Assembly (NCBI GenBank): GCA_001781435.1
Contig: MFLV01000011.1
Span: forward strand, 11,268 to 75,267
DNA: 64,000 nt
Direction of reading: 5' to 3'
Origin: Candidatus Kaiserbacteria bacterium RIFCSPLOWO2_01_FULL_51_21
GTDB lineage: Bacteria; Patescibacteriota; Minisyncoccia; Phycocordibacterales; 2-01-FULL-51-21
How positions within the stretch are numbered: the stretch's first letter is position 1; each line of letters starts with the position of its first letter. Below, piece after piece: positions 55,039-64,000 of the stretch. The translations under genes and the position numbers were made by a program. Under the pieces are notes generated by a model. It made no database searches and was not told where the DNA came from. It was given only the letters and a program-made list of their open reading frames with translations.

Positions 55039-55479
55039 TTAATTCGTTCTTCGTAATTCGTTTTCCTTCGTTCCCGCGTACATGCTTTCCTGAATATCGA
55101 GGCTCCAGGAAAGGTCTTTCAACTTATTCTGCGAAAGCCGCGGTATCGAAAGGAGGGGGGGAATGTTTTTTTCTTGGCCGGCTTTTTGGGGAAGCGTCTT
55201 TTGTTCATGTTTCCAGAGATATAATTTTTTTGAAAAAGCGTAGTAAAATGCCGCTTCAAGCGCATAGATGAACGGACGATTGTTTATTTTATAAAAGGCA
55301 AGGGCGGCGCCGAAAAGAATAATCGGAGCTCCAAGGAGAAGGGCAAGATAGAGTCCGAGGAAGGTGTAGAGGATTACCACAAAACCGCCTGCGCCGGCGA
55401 GGTAGACAAACTGCCGGAATGTTAACGGTCCGATGATTTTATCTTCAATCTCAATAAATTGTGGTACTTGGAATTGCAT
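55039..55479 (-). CDS. PrgI-family membrane protein
   Basis: QFQVPQFIEIEDKIIGPLTFRQF, two TMs. Confidence 0.9.
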   Translation of the reverse strand: MQFQVPQFIEIEDKIIGPLTFRQFVYLAGAGGFVVILYTFLGLYLALLLGAPIILFGAALAFYKINNRPFIYALEAAFYYAFSKKLYLWKHEQKTLPQKAGQEKNIPPLLSIPRLSQNKLKDLSWSLDIQESMYAGTKENELRRTN

Positions 55480-55487
55480 ATTGGTCA

Positions 55488-55590
55488 GAAGTACGAAGTA
55501 CGAGTTACGAAGTACGAGTGAAGAAAGAATCGGATGTTTTTTTGAGGTTTCATTTTTATTCGTAATTCGTACTTCTTAATTCGCTATTCG
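55488..55590. repeat. Inverted pair of 7-bp-period arrays with no gene inside
   Basis: gaagtac-gaagtac-gagttac-gaagtac ... attcgta-attcgta-cttctta-attcgct-attcg. Confidence 0.9.
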
Positions 55591-56321
55591 ATAGGTTCTT
55601 TGTACGGGTCCACGGTATATGTTTGGGGTTGCTTTGGCTTCTGCGCGGTCTCCATTGCCTGATTCCCTATTCCTGATTCCTGCTTCACTTGGACATTCTC
55701 TCTCGGTAATCGAAACATTTCCAGTAGCTTCGTTTCGGCAATCGTACCGGTCGGCAAATTCGCCGGCACCTCCGCTTTTTTCTGTTCAATTCGTAATTCT
55801 GGTACCTGCGGTTCTGCTGCGGTGGACAGTTCTTCAATCTCCCGGAGTAATTTTTTTCGCTCGATAGTTAGTTCGGGCGGCACTTCGGGTATTTTTGATA
55901 TTTGAGGAATATCCTTTGTGCGCCCAAGCGCTCCAACGGTTGTCTGCGGCGCGAAGACCTCCGGCGCGTTCGCAAGCTCTTGTTCAGCATCCACTTTTGC
56001 ATCTTCCTCAAACATACGACGCAGGGCCTCCCGAATAGGCAAGAAGATTTCCTCATTAACGCTTCCCGTGATAAGTTGCGCTTGCGCGGGCGGAATGTCG
56101 AGCTCACGAGTGAGAGTCTTTGTGAAATCATTTGGTGATTCAAGCCCGAGCATGACGAAGAGCGTTTCGTTCTCAAGTGCCCCCGCCTGGTCAACGTGGA
56201 GCTGATACTTTTTAGCAATGTTTTGGAGCCGCGGTCGCAGGTCGACCGCATTAATGGCATCTTTTATTTCTTTTGGAACCTGCGCGAGTCGTTCTTTTAT
56301 GAGCTGTTGTGTTTCATCCAT
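55584..56321 (-). CDS. Hypothetical protein of the T4SS locus
   Basis: LHVDQ.G.LE.ET..VMLG N-domain, low-complexity linker, C-terminal DPYKEPIE. Confidence 0.8.
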   Translation of the reverse strand: MDETQQLIKERLAQVPKEIKDAINAVDLRPRLQNIAKKYQLHVDQAGALENETLFVMLGLESPNDFTKTLTRELDIPPAQAQLITGSVNEEIFLPIREALRRMFEEDAKVDAEQELANAPEVFAPQTTVGALGRTKDIPQISKIPEVPPELTIERKKLLREIEELSTAAEPQVPELRIEQKKAEVPANLPTGTIAETKLLEMFRLPRENVQVKQESGIGNQAMETAQKPKQPQTYTVDPYKEPIE

Positions 56322-56323
56322 AG

Positions 56324-58423
56324 TTATGTGGTTTTAGGTTCTTCTTTTGGTTCTTCGTTTGCTTTTTCTTCGTCCGCAGCTTGTTTTGAGGCTTCAGTGA
56401 CGGCATCAAAAACTTTATCCTTCGGGCTTTTCTTTAGGTTTGCCCGTATTCTAGCGGCGGCGGCACGTTTGGTTGGATTGACGAAGCGGGTGGAGCCAAA
56501 CATATTGGTCTCTACGATTCGGGCATCTGCCTCTTGTCGTGCCCTGCCGCGGCTCTTGATTGCATCCTCAATATTTTTAAGAATAGTGTTGCTTTCTTCT
56601 CTTTTCTTCTTAGCCTCGTCGTATTCCTTTGTTCGCTCGTCCACTTTTTGGTTTGCGCCTTGAAGTTCAGTGTATTCTTTTCTTTGCCGTGCGGCCATTT
56701 CGCCGATGTCCGTTCTTACCGCATTGAATGCCTCTTGAGCCGCTTTCTGTGTTTCCCTTGCAGTTTTCAGTTCTTCCGTAGCCACTTTTTCAAGTCGTAG
56801 TAATTCTGGCAGTTCTGAACGTTTATCTTCTGCTTTCTGCCGGTCTTCTCTCTCTTCTTTTGTTTCTGTCTCTTCGCCGATATATTTGCTGAATTTCAGG
56901 GCCGCCTTCACGTCATCTTCCTTGATCTTGGCGTACCCGCCAGCTACGCCTCCACCTAGAGTAAGCCCCGATATTTTTGCCGCCTCTTTTGTTACGCCGA
57001 GACGGCGTGCATCCATACTTCCTCCCGCAACCTTGAGAAGCCCTTTCGCGGTTGGGCGGGCAATAATCTGCGAGATGTCTTTTGCAAGTCCGCTACGCAT
57101 CGGCTTCCCTTCTTTATTTTCGCCAAGAGCAAGGCGTTTAACCAATCGGCTCTGAGAGAGCGCACTTGCTCCGAGACCGAGCGTGTGTCGCCCAACGAAT
57201 CCGGCAGTGCCCAAAACCTTGTTGAATCCAAAGCTTGTAACCGCGGCACCAAGCTCTCCGCTAAGATCTTTTGTTACCCTGACAGCAATGTATAAAAGGC
57301 CTACGATAACTGCCCAGTTGAAAAAAGCATTTACCGCAAAACCTTGTTCACCTTGTTCGTTAAAGCCGGGAATCTTAGATTGTGCGCCCACAATAAAACC
57401 GCTGTTTGCCACAATAACGATAACCGTAATGAGGAATACGAAGAGGGGTGCCACCGCCGCCTGGCTAACGAGAGTCGTCAGCCACCGGTCGAAGTGTTTT
57501 CTTGTTTTGGGGAGAATGGCGAAGAAAAAAGCTGCGGGAGAGAGAACCATGAGAAAAACAAAAGCGATGAGTCGAGCGATAAGAACAAACGCTCCCATGA
57601 AGAATACCCATGCCGTGATGAGATTGAGGGTGATTTGGAGAATAAGAATTATTGCGGTATTTCCCCTATCGAGCTTCGCGGTAGGAATACTGCCAAACAT
57701 GTCTTTTACTCCCATTCTGCTAAGAAGTGTCGTGCCAACGCTTGGCCTTGTGCCGGCAGTGGCGTTAGTTGCCGCGATCATGCTGTTGTTGAACTGGTTT
57801 GCCACCAAATTTGACGCGTCAATAACAACCCTGGTGATAGGCAGACTGAAGTTAATGAGGAGAGCGACGATAATGAGGCGCGGCAGGAGTGCTTTCATGC
57901 CATAGCCCGAAACCCGCAGGATGGTGGCAATGGCAATCGTAAGGAGCGCAAAGATGAAGAAGAGATTGGTGGTGTCCCGGACGATCTTCCAGCCGTTTTC
58001 TATGGCAAGGACGGCTCCAGGGTCTGCGAGAAAATTGTTTCCGACGGTGAAGGCAATGACGTAGTCAAAAACATAGATGGCAATATAAACAAGGGAAGCG
58101 GAGGCTACCTGGAGTAGCCATAAGATTCCGTTTAAAATGTTTAAACCAGCCCAGCTAAAGAATCCAGTCATACCTGTACCTATGCCTAGCGACTCTGCTC
58201 CCCCCAGAACTGCTATTGCGGCAATAAAAGGAAACCAAAAGACTGCCTCAGCATGTTTGGTCGGGGTGAAAATACCGCCAACAACCACCGCTACACACAC
58301 CGCAATAAGAATTGGGCGGCGGTACACGAGGAAACGTGCACTAAGCCATAAAGAGACTTCACGGTACCGCTCTGACGTTTTTTCGAAAAAGTGTGTCATG
58401 GCGTGGGGGGAAATGCTTGGCAT
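56324..58423 (-). CDS. VirB6/TrbL-like polytopic membrane protein with coiled-coil tail
   Basis: GW.IVRD..N.FFI, LII.ALLINFS, IDASN, many TMs. Confidence 0.8.
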   Translation of the reverse strand: MPSISPHAMTHFFEKTSERYREVSLWLSARFLVYRRPILIAVCVAVVVGGIFTPTKHAEAVFWFPFIAAIAVLGGAESLGIGTGMTGFFSWAGLNILNGILWLLQVASASLVYIAIYVFDYVIAFTVGNNFLADPGAVLAIENGWKIVRDTTNLFFIFALLTIAIATILRVSGYGMKALLPRLIIVALLINFSLPITRVVIDASNLVANQFNNSMIAATNATAGTRPSVGTTLLSRMGVKDMFGSIPTAKLDRGNTAIILILQITLNLITAWVFFMGAFVLIARLIAFVFLMVLSPAAFFFAILPKTRKHFDRWLTTLVSQAAVAPLFVFLITVIVIVANSGFIVGAQSKIPGFNEQGEQGFAVNAFFNWAVIVGLLYIAVRVTKDLSGELGAAVTSFGFNKVLGTAGFVGRHTLGLGASALSQSRLVKRLALGENKEGKPMRSGLAKDISQIIARPTAKGLLKVAGGSMDARRLGVTKEAAKISGLTLGGGVAGGYAKIKEDDVKAALKFSKYIGEETETKEEREDRQKAEDKRSELPELLRLEKVATEELKTARETQKAAQEAFNAVRTDIGEMAARQRKEYTELQGANQKVDERTKEYDEAKKKREESNTILKNIEDAIKSRGRARQEADARIVETNMFGSTRFVNPTKRAAAARIRANLKKSPKDKVFDAVTEASKQAADEEKANEEPKEEPKTT

Positions 58424-59943
58424 TCATTGAGCTGTTGAACAGTGGTTGGGTCGAGCGCGCTCGTCGTTGATTGAATGTCTGCGCTGGCTTGCTGAGCGTC
58501 GGCGACATCGGCCTGCGTGTGGATGAAGTGGCCGCTCAAGAGCCCTGCGTACTGGTTCGCCACCTGATTGAGGGTCGTCGGGTCGTTTGTGCTTGCCGCG
58601 ACGCTATCGAGCTGCTGGAGAAGTGCGATATTAGTATCGGCGCGGGTGATGGCGTCTTTAAGCGCCGTAAGGGTTGGGGTAAGCGCCGCAAGGGTGCCTG
58701 ACGCCGCGATAATACGGTCGTTCGCCACAGAGAGGTCGGAGTCTGAGAGCAGTCCCGATTGGATTTTGTTGTTGTAGCAAGAAATGACGTTTTCAATGAG
58801 CCGCGTTGAATTCGAGAGCACGGCAAGCGAGAATCCTTGAACCGCCTGGTAGTCCTGCTCAATTGCGATTGAAGCCTGAATGTTTGCTCGGAGTGCCGTT
58901 CTCGTTGAGCTAAGGACTTGGTCGGTGGAGACAGTCGTCGCCGAGCCGAGCCGGGAGGTGTAGGAAGAGCGTCCTCCGGTGCCTGAACTGCTTAAGCCGA
59001 AAAGTCCCTGGGCTCCCGTAAGCGCTTGCTTGGCGATCTGGCCCATGAGCGCACTGATGATCTCGTCGATTTCGTCGGCAAGCTCGAGCTGGCGCTGGCC
59101 GCTCCCAAGCGTATTGTTAAGTTGCTCCTCAATGACTGCCCCGGGAGTTTGGGTCACAATGTCGCAGACGCGAACCGAAGACCCGTCGCCGATTTCCGTG
59201 ACACTCGTGCCCGTGTTTGCTGACGGCGCTTGTTGAGACGGGAATACCTGGCAGTTTTTTTCTTGGCTGAAAGAAAGGAACCCTCTGCCAAAATCAAGTT
59301 TTGCTTTCTCGAGGAATCCAGCGCCTGATATCCGGGCATCGAGCGCCGCTTGAGTCATGACATAGGTGCCATAAGGGTTTGAGAAAGGGTCCATAGTGAG
59401 GGTAGACCACTGTTCAAGGGTGGTGAGACGAACGTTGCTGTCGGTTAAAAATCCCTCTATGTTGCTGACCACCGTAGTCAAGCGGCACTTGACTCTCTCT
59501 CGCGACCGCGAGGTCAAAAGAGAAATCTGGATTTGGAGCTTGAACGGACTGCACAGAAATGCCAGATCGGAGCCGAAAATATAGGCTCCCGCCGCCTTGT
59601 CAGCGACGTCGAGAAGAAATCCTTCAAGGTCGGTAACGAACGCCGGGTTACCCTGAAATCCGGAATTGATCCAATCGACGATGCTTTGCGTGATGGATCG
59701 AAGGAGCATTTTCTCGATTCCATATAAAATGCCGTCAAGAATATTTTCTTTAGTATCAAGAGCGGTCGTAGCTTTTAATATCCCGGCAGTTGGAGGTGAA
59801 AGGACGGTTTTCTGAACATCGGTCGGGACGAGATTCCCCCCGCCTCCGATACCAGGGATACTTTGTGCCAAAACAAGCTGGGGTGCGGCTAAAAGCAGGG
59901 CGAGGAGGAGTGAAAGGGCCTTACTGTGCCAGGAGTTTTGCAT
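58396..59943 (-). CDS. Secreted protein of the T4SS locus
   Basis: Signal peptide, S.V.WINSGF.G.P.FV, LCSPF, TPG.VI, LADEIDEI. Confidence 0.75.
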   Translation of the reverse strand: MQNSWHSKALSLLLALLLAAPQLVLAQSIPGIGGGGNLVPTDVQKTVLSPPTAGILKATTALDTKENILDGILYGIEKMLLRSITQSIVDWINSGFQGNPAFVTDLEGFLLDVADKAAGAYIFGSDLAFLCSPFKLQIQISLLTSRSRERVKCRLTTVVSNIEGFLTDSNVRLTTLEQWSTLTMDPFSNPYGTYVMTQAALDARISGAGFLEKAKLDFGRGFLSFSQEKNCQVFPSQQAPSANTGTSVTEIGDGSSVRVCDIVTQTPGAVIEEQLNNTLGSGQRQLELADEIDEIISALMGQIAKQALTGAQGLFGLSSSGTGGRSSYTSRLGSATTVSTDQVLSSTRTALRANIQASIAIEQDYQAVQGFSLAVLSNSTRLIENVISCYNNKIQSGLLSDSDLSVANDRIIAASGTLAALTPTLTALKDAITRADTNIALLQQLDSVAASTNDPTTLNQVANQYAGLLSGHFIHTQADVADAQQASADIQSTTSALDPTTVQQLNECQAFPPTP

Positions 59944-59945
59944 GA

Positions 59946-60935
59946 TTAATATATCTGGTTTGCAAAAAAGTCAGTACCCGACTCTCCTTCTAGAAAAGTG
60001 ACTCCTCGGCTTTTGGCGTAGGCATACAATGTCTCGAGGGAGACTCCGAGCTCGGAGGAGGCGGTTTTGTATAGTTCGAGTCCTGCAAGCGCAGCCACGG
60101 GGTCGCTGAATAACAAACGCATTTCATCAATGGCGGTTGCAATCGCTTCGGCGTTGTTGATGAGCGAAAGGTGCGCTTGGGCTGCGCCTTTAGGTACGGG
60201 CATTTTTAAAAGAGCGCCGATAACTTTGGTGTAGCTTTCAACGATAATCGAAAGGTCGTCGAGTCTTTTTCCGTCGTTATTTGAAAGAGCTTCAGCGACA
60301 ATAACTATTTCGTGGTCAACGTTCGGTTTTCCGTATCGATTCACAATATCGCCGAGCGCATTGGCATACGCATGAATCGCGGCAGTACTTTCGTCGTTTT
60401 GGATAATAAGATTGCTTGCCGCGTACGTTTTTGGTTGAGGAACGGATACTCTTTGAAGAGCGGCGGTTGCAAGTGAAGTGGAGGTTTCTGAATCGACAGG
60501 AGTGCCTTGCTGTCGAAGGCTTAAATATTTTGCGAATACATCGCGAGCAAGTTTATCTGTTATGGTGGGGGACACTCCCGCGCCCTCTCCTTGCACAGCT
60601 CCCTCAGTGACATCAAGTTTATCGTTCGGTCCTTTTACCAGTGGGTCTCTACCCTCCCGCACCTCCGCACCATCGTCGGTGCCGTCTCCATCAGTGTCTC
60701 CTGCCTGCGGATTAGTGCTCCAGAGCGTTTCTTCCCAGTCGGGGAGGCCGTCAGCGTCTGTGTCCTTTAGAGTATCTTGGCCGATAGAAACACCCTGAGT
60801 GTCGCTTCCGATAAGTGCTAGTCGGAATGTTTCCTTCGGCGCATACTGTGTGCGGTAGAACACAAAACCGATGAGGCATATTGCCGCAAACGCAAAAAGC
60901 GCAAGGGTCCAATTTTTGCTCGGTAAAAAGTTCAA
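59946..60935 (-). CDS. Membrane-anchored protein with DTDxDG (thrombospondin-3-like) motifs
   Basis: DTDADGLPDWEE...DTDGDGTDDG.EV..G.DP. Confidence 0.75.
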   Translation of the reverse strand: MNFLPSKNWTLALFAFAAICLIGFVFYRTQYAPKETFRLALIGSDTQGVSIGQDTLKDTDADGLPDWEETLWSTNPQAGDTDGDGTDDGAEVREGRDPLVKGPNDKLDVTEGAVQGEGAGVSPTITDKLARDVFAKYLSLRQQGTPVDSETSTSLATAALQRVSVPQPKTYAASNLIIQNDESTAAIHAYANALGDIVNRYGKPNVDHEIVIVAEALSNNDGKRLDDLSIIVESYTKVIGALLKMPVPKGAAQAHLSLINNAEAIATAIDEMRLLFSDPVAALAGLELYKTASSELGVSLETLYAYAKSRGVTFLEGESGTDFFANQIY

Positions 60936-61048
60936 GGTAATATTCGGCTGTCTATAAAGTATAGCAGTAGCGCGGGCTATTCTATAGGTTTTTTGTGTGT
61001 ATACGATTCTTTGTTGCGGGGTTCTATAAGGGTGTATACTTTGTAGGC

Positions 61049-61408
61049 ATGAGAGTCTCTTTCATTTTTTGTCTTATAACGGCGCTCGTGGTACTTTCTG
61101 TTCCTTTCTCTGCCCTTGCCCTTATCAGTGGAAGAGCCTTAAGTGGAGGAGTCTTACCTTTTGGCGGTTTTGTTACCTCAATTACCTATTGTAATCAGGG
61201 GGTACTGGAGACCATCAGGCCTGCCGGAAGTTCCCCAAGCACTATTATGTGGCTCTACCCAAGCCCCTTGTATCTTTACAATATGAGTGCCCCACCACAT
61301 GTTGGTCAATGGCAACTCGGCCTTTTGGGTGGGATTGCCTCATGCTATGTTGGTAAAATTTATAGAGGATCTGGTCCAACAATCAAATTTTACGGCTCAA
61401 GTAAATGA
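61049..61408 (+). CDS. Small secreted hypothetical protein
   Basis: Signal peptide, PFGG, paired Cys. Confidence 0.6.
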   Translation: MRVSFIFCLITALVVLSVPFSALALISGRALSGGVLPFGGFVTSITYCNQGVLETIRPAGSSPSTIMWLYPSPLYLYNMSAPPHVGQWQLGLLGGIASCYVGKIYRGSGPTIKFYGSSK

Positions 61409-61439
61409 TTTTTTTCTAATGATGGACCTCGTAGATCCA

Positions 61440-62228
61440 TCATTTAAGGGAAATGCCCAGTTTAAACCACTTTTTGAGAGAAAGTTCCTCTGCGCGGGCT
61501 TTTGGAGATATACCGAGGGTCTGAAATACCTGCTGGACTTTCCCTTTACCAAAGAAACCGCCTAGATTGCCGGAGAGGAGCTTGCGTTTGTGGGCAAATC
61601 CTATTCGAAGTACCTCGAAAAAGTGCTTCTCGGAGAATCGGGTAAAGTTTTTCTTGGAAATACCATCAATTCGCAAGATGGCCGAATCAACGGCAGGCAC
61701 GGGGCTGAAGCTTCCCCTTTTTACCGTAGCTACATAGTATGGTGTTCCGTATGCTTTTATAGAAAGCGAGAGCAAGGATTCTTTTCTATCGCGGGCGATC
61801 CGTTCAGCGACTTCTTTTTGTACCAGGAGAACCATCTGCTTCGGATACACTGAACTTTCTAAAAGTTTTCGTATGAGTGCTCCCGTGATGTAGTACGGAA
61901 TATTTGCAACGACACTATACTTCCCCGCCGACAGTCCCATTGTAGCTTGGTCAATTTGAAGTGCGTCGCCGTGTATGATAACCAACTGTTTCGCGGAAAT
62001 TTCTTTTGCGAATTGTTTTGTAAGCGGCTCGATAAGACGGTCGTCTTTTTCAATGGCGATAACTTTTCCCATACGTTTCAAAAGTTCTCTCGTGAGTATT
62101 CCGCCACCCGGTCCCACTTCAAGCACGATATCTTTATTGGTGAGACGCGCGGCATCGGCAATTTTTCCCGCGATGGTGGACGACGTAAGAAAATGCTGCC
62201 CCAACGATTTTTTCTTTATAAACAACAC
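61440..62228 (-). CDS. rsmA: 16S rRNA dimethyladenosine transferase
   Basis: KKSLGQHFL, EVGPG.G, IEKD, VANIPYYIT, QKEVA.R, P.P.VDS. Confidence 0.97.
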   Translation of the reverse strand: MLFIKKKSLGQHFLTSSTIAGKIADAARLTNKDIVLEVGPGGGILTRELLKRMGKVIAIEKDDRLIEPLTKQFAKEISAKQLVIIHGDALQIDQATMGLSAGKYSVVANIPYYITGALIRKLLESSVYPKQMVLLVQKEVAERIARDRKESLLSLSIKAYGTPYYVATVKRGSFSPVPAVDSAILRIDGISKKNFTRFSEKHFFEVLRIGFAHKRKLLSGNLGGFFGKGKVQQVFQTLGISPKARAEELSLKKWFKLGISLK

Positions 62229-62260
62229 ACTTTTAGCTATTATGATATATCATAATAATT

Positions 62261-64000
62261 TTATTCGAGATAGATTATTTTCTTTTTCTCTACACGCTCC
62301 TCTACTGGCTCGAGATGTTCGTCGCCTAGGTCGATGATGAATTCCGACGGCACGTTGACGCGTGAAGAGCCGAAAATGGTTCGGACGGCGGCAAAAGAGA
62401 GGAATATTTTTTTGCGTGCGCGAGTAAGTGCAACATACATAAGACGCCGTTCTTCCTCTTCATCCCGCTCTTCCCCCTCGAACCCTTCATGGGGGAAAAG
62501 CCCCTCTTCAAGCCCGGTGATGAAGACAACATCAAACTCCAAGCCCTTCGCGGCATGTACCGTCATAAGTTTAACGCTGTCACGGTCGTCTTTCATCTCA
62601 TCCTGGTCCGTCGCAAGCGCCGCGTCAGTAAGGAGCGCTTCGATTCCCTCTTCTGGAGCAAGGGAATCGTACTTTGTCGCAAGCGTTACAAGCTCTCGGA
62701 TATTCTCAAGCCGCTCTAAATCGTCATCACTTCCCGCTTTTAATTTTTCCTCGAGTCCGCTTCGAGCAATAACAAAACGAATTGTATCGGACGGTTTTTT
62801 TACCCCGATGGATTCTCGGATGTTCGCCAAAAGCTTCTGAAATTGAGCTACCTTTTGTCGTTGTCCCAGATTCATTTTCTCCTCTTGTTTCGCAAACATC
62901 GCGAGGAGCGTTACTTTCCCGATGCCGCGCGGTGGCACATTAATGACGCGCTTCACGTCCGCGAGGCTTCCTGGGTTTAACGCCGCGCGCAAAAAGGCGA
63001 GGACATCTTTGATTTCTTTCCGTTCGAAAAATTGGACGCCGAGTACCTGATAGGGCATGCCTTCCGCAAGCATTGCTTCTTCAAGGACGCGCGACTGGAA
63101 GTTCGCGCGATAGAGTACCGCGATGTCACTCGCGGCAATCCCTTGTCGCAGGAGTTTGTGTGCGGTGCCCGCGACGAAGTTCGCTTCTTCCGTTTCGTCT
63201 GATGCGCCGTAAAGCGATATCCTCTCTCCCGTCGCATTCGAGGTGAAAAGTTTTTTTTCTTTTCGTTTCCGGTTCTTGCGGATGACCTCGTTTGCGGCGG
63301 CAAGAATGGATTTCGTCGAGCGGTAATTTTCTTCAAGCATTACGACTTCGGCGCTCGGATGGCGCACTTCAAATTCCAAAAGATTTTCAAGGTCGGCGCC
63401 GCGCCATGAATAAATATTTTGGTCGATGTCTCCGACAACACACAAATTTCCTTCTTTCGATGCAAGCAGTTCCGCAAGTTCGTTCTGGACGACGTTGGTG
63501 TCCTGGTATTCGTCGATGTGAATATAGCGCCACTGTTTCTGGTACTGCCGGAGGGTCTCCGGATTTTTTCTAAGAAGCACGAGTGTTTTAAGAAGCAAAT
63601 CATCGAAATCAAGAGCTCCCTCATCAAGCAATACCTTTTCATATTTCTGCCAGACCGCAGCGACGGTGCGCTCGAAAAAATCGTTGCCCACCGTCTCACG
63701 GTACTCGGTTTCCGTTACTGCGTTTCCCTTTTGGCGCGAGATGGCATTCAGAATTTTGCGCGGCTCCAGTGTTTTCGGGTCGAGCCCAACTTCCTGCATT
63801 GCAGTCTTTATTCCCCGCACGCTGTCGGAGCGGTCATAGATTTTAAAGTGGCGAGTGAGCCCGAACGCCCGGGCGTTCTCCCTAATGATGTGGACGCCGA
63901 GCGAGTGAAAGGTGGCAACGAAGGGACGATTGTAGAGGAAAATAGGCAAGTTAAGACCTCGGTCTTCCCCGAGGATGCGCCCCACCCGCTCCCGCATCTC
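62261..64000 (-). CDS. pcrA: UvrD/PcrA DNA helicase (5' end outside window)
   Basis: TFHS, IDEYQDTN, VGDIDQ.IY.WRGA, NYRS, MTVHAAKGLEF, EERRL.YVA.TRA. Confidence 0.96.
   Translation of the reverse strand, partial: EMRERVGRILGEDRGLNLPIFLYNRPFVATFHSLGVHIIRENARAFGLTRHFKIYDRSDSVRGIKTAMQEVGLDPKTLEPRKILNAISRQKGNAVTETEYRETVGNDFFERTVAAVWQKYEKVLLDEGALDFDDLLLKTLVLLRKNPETLRQYQKQWRYIHIDEYQDTNVVQNELAELLASKEGNLCVVGDIDQNIYSWRGADLENLLEFEVRHPSAEVVMLEENYRSTKSILAAANEVIRKNRKRKEKKLFTSNATGERISLYGASDETEEANFVAGTAHKLLRQGIAASDIAVLYRANFQSRVLEEAMLAEGMPYQVLGVQFFERKEIKDVLAFLRAALNPGSLADVKRVINVPPRGIGKVTLLAMFAKQEEKMNLGQRQKVAQFQKLLANIRESIGVKKPSDTIRFVIARSGLEEKLKAGSDDDLERLENIRELVTLATKYDSLAPEEGIEALLTDAALATDQDEMKDDRDSVKLMTVHAAKGLEFDVVFITGLEEGLFPHEGFEGEERDEEEERRLMYVALTRARKKIFLSFAAVRTIFGSSRVNVPSEFIIDLGDEHLEPVEERVEKKKIIYLE

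Noticed and set aside
1-64000. UGA recoding (genetic code 25), rRNA genes, prophage or integrase
   Set aside because: Conserved genes end properly at TGA with no internal TGA, and no rRNA, phage structural or integrase signatures were seen.

Overview
Chromosomal segment of a Patescibacteria (CPR) bacterium, most likely Parcubacteria/OD1, using genetic code 11. It spans the replication origin (dnaN-oriC-dnaA-rpmH-rnpA-yidC-jag) and contains housekeeping genes (ileS, argS, tyrS, polA, ruvABC, pcrA, rplK/rplS/rpsT, nusG, secE), a dTTP/folate cluster, type IV pilus genes, a CPR-type T4SS locus and 8 tRNAs. The most notable signals are non-coding. (1) A four-helix-bundle gene is bracketed by inverted 7-bp-period arrays, and the same array pairs recur without a gene at many operon junctions. 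(2) A modular family of structured 3'-trailer elements follows tRNAs and two protein genes; one module is a 37-nt hairpin present in six covarying copies. (3) A diversity-generating retroelement relic has a target gene, VR and cis hairpin plus a truncated TR with 12/12 mismatches at adenines, but no RT. (4) Short CCCGT-ended fold-back elements carry 6-bp target duplications. Also present: an alternative oxidase, a LAGLIDADG ORF overlapping tRNA-Leu, and widespread leaderless-type promoters. All calls come from reading motifs by eye; no database searches or folding programs were run.
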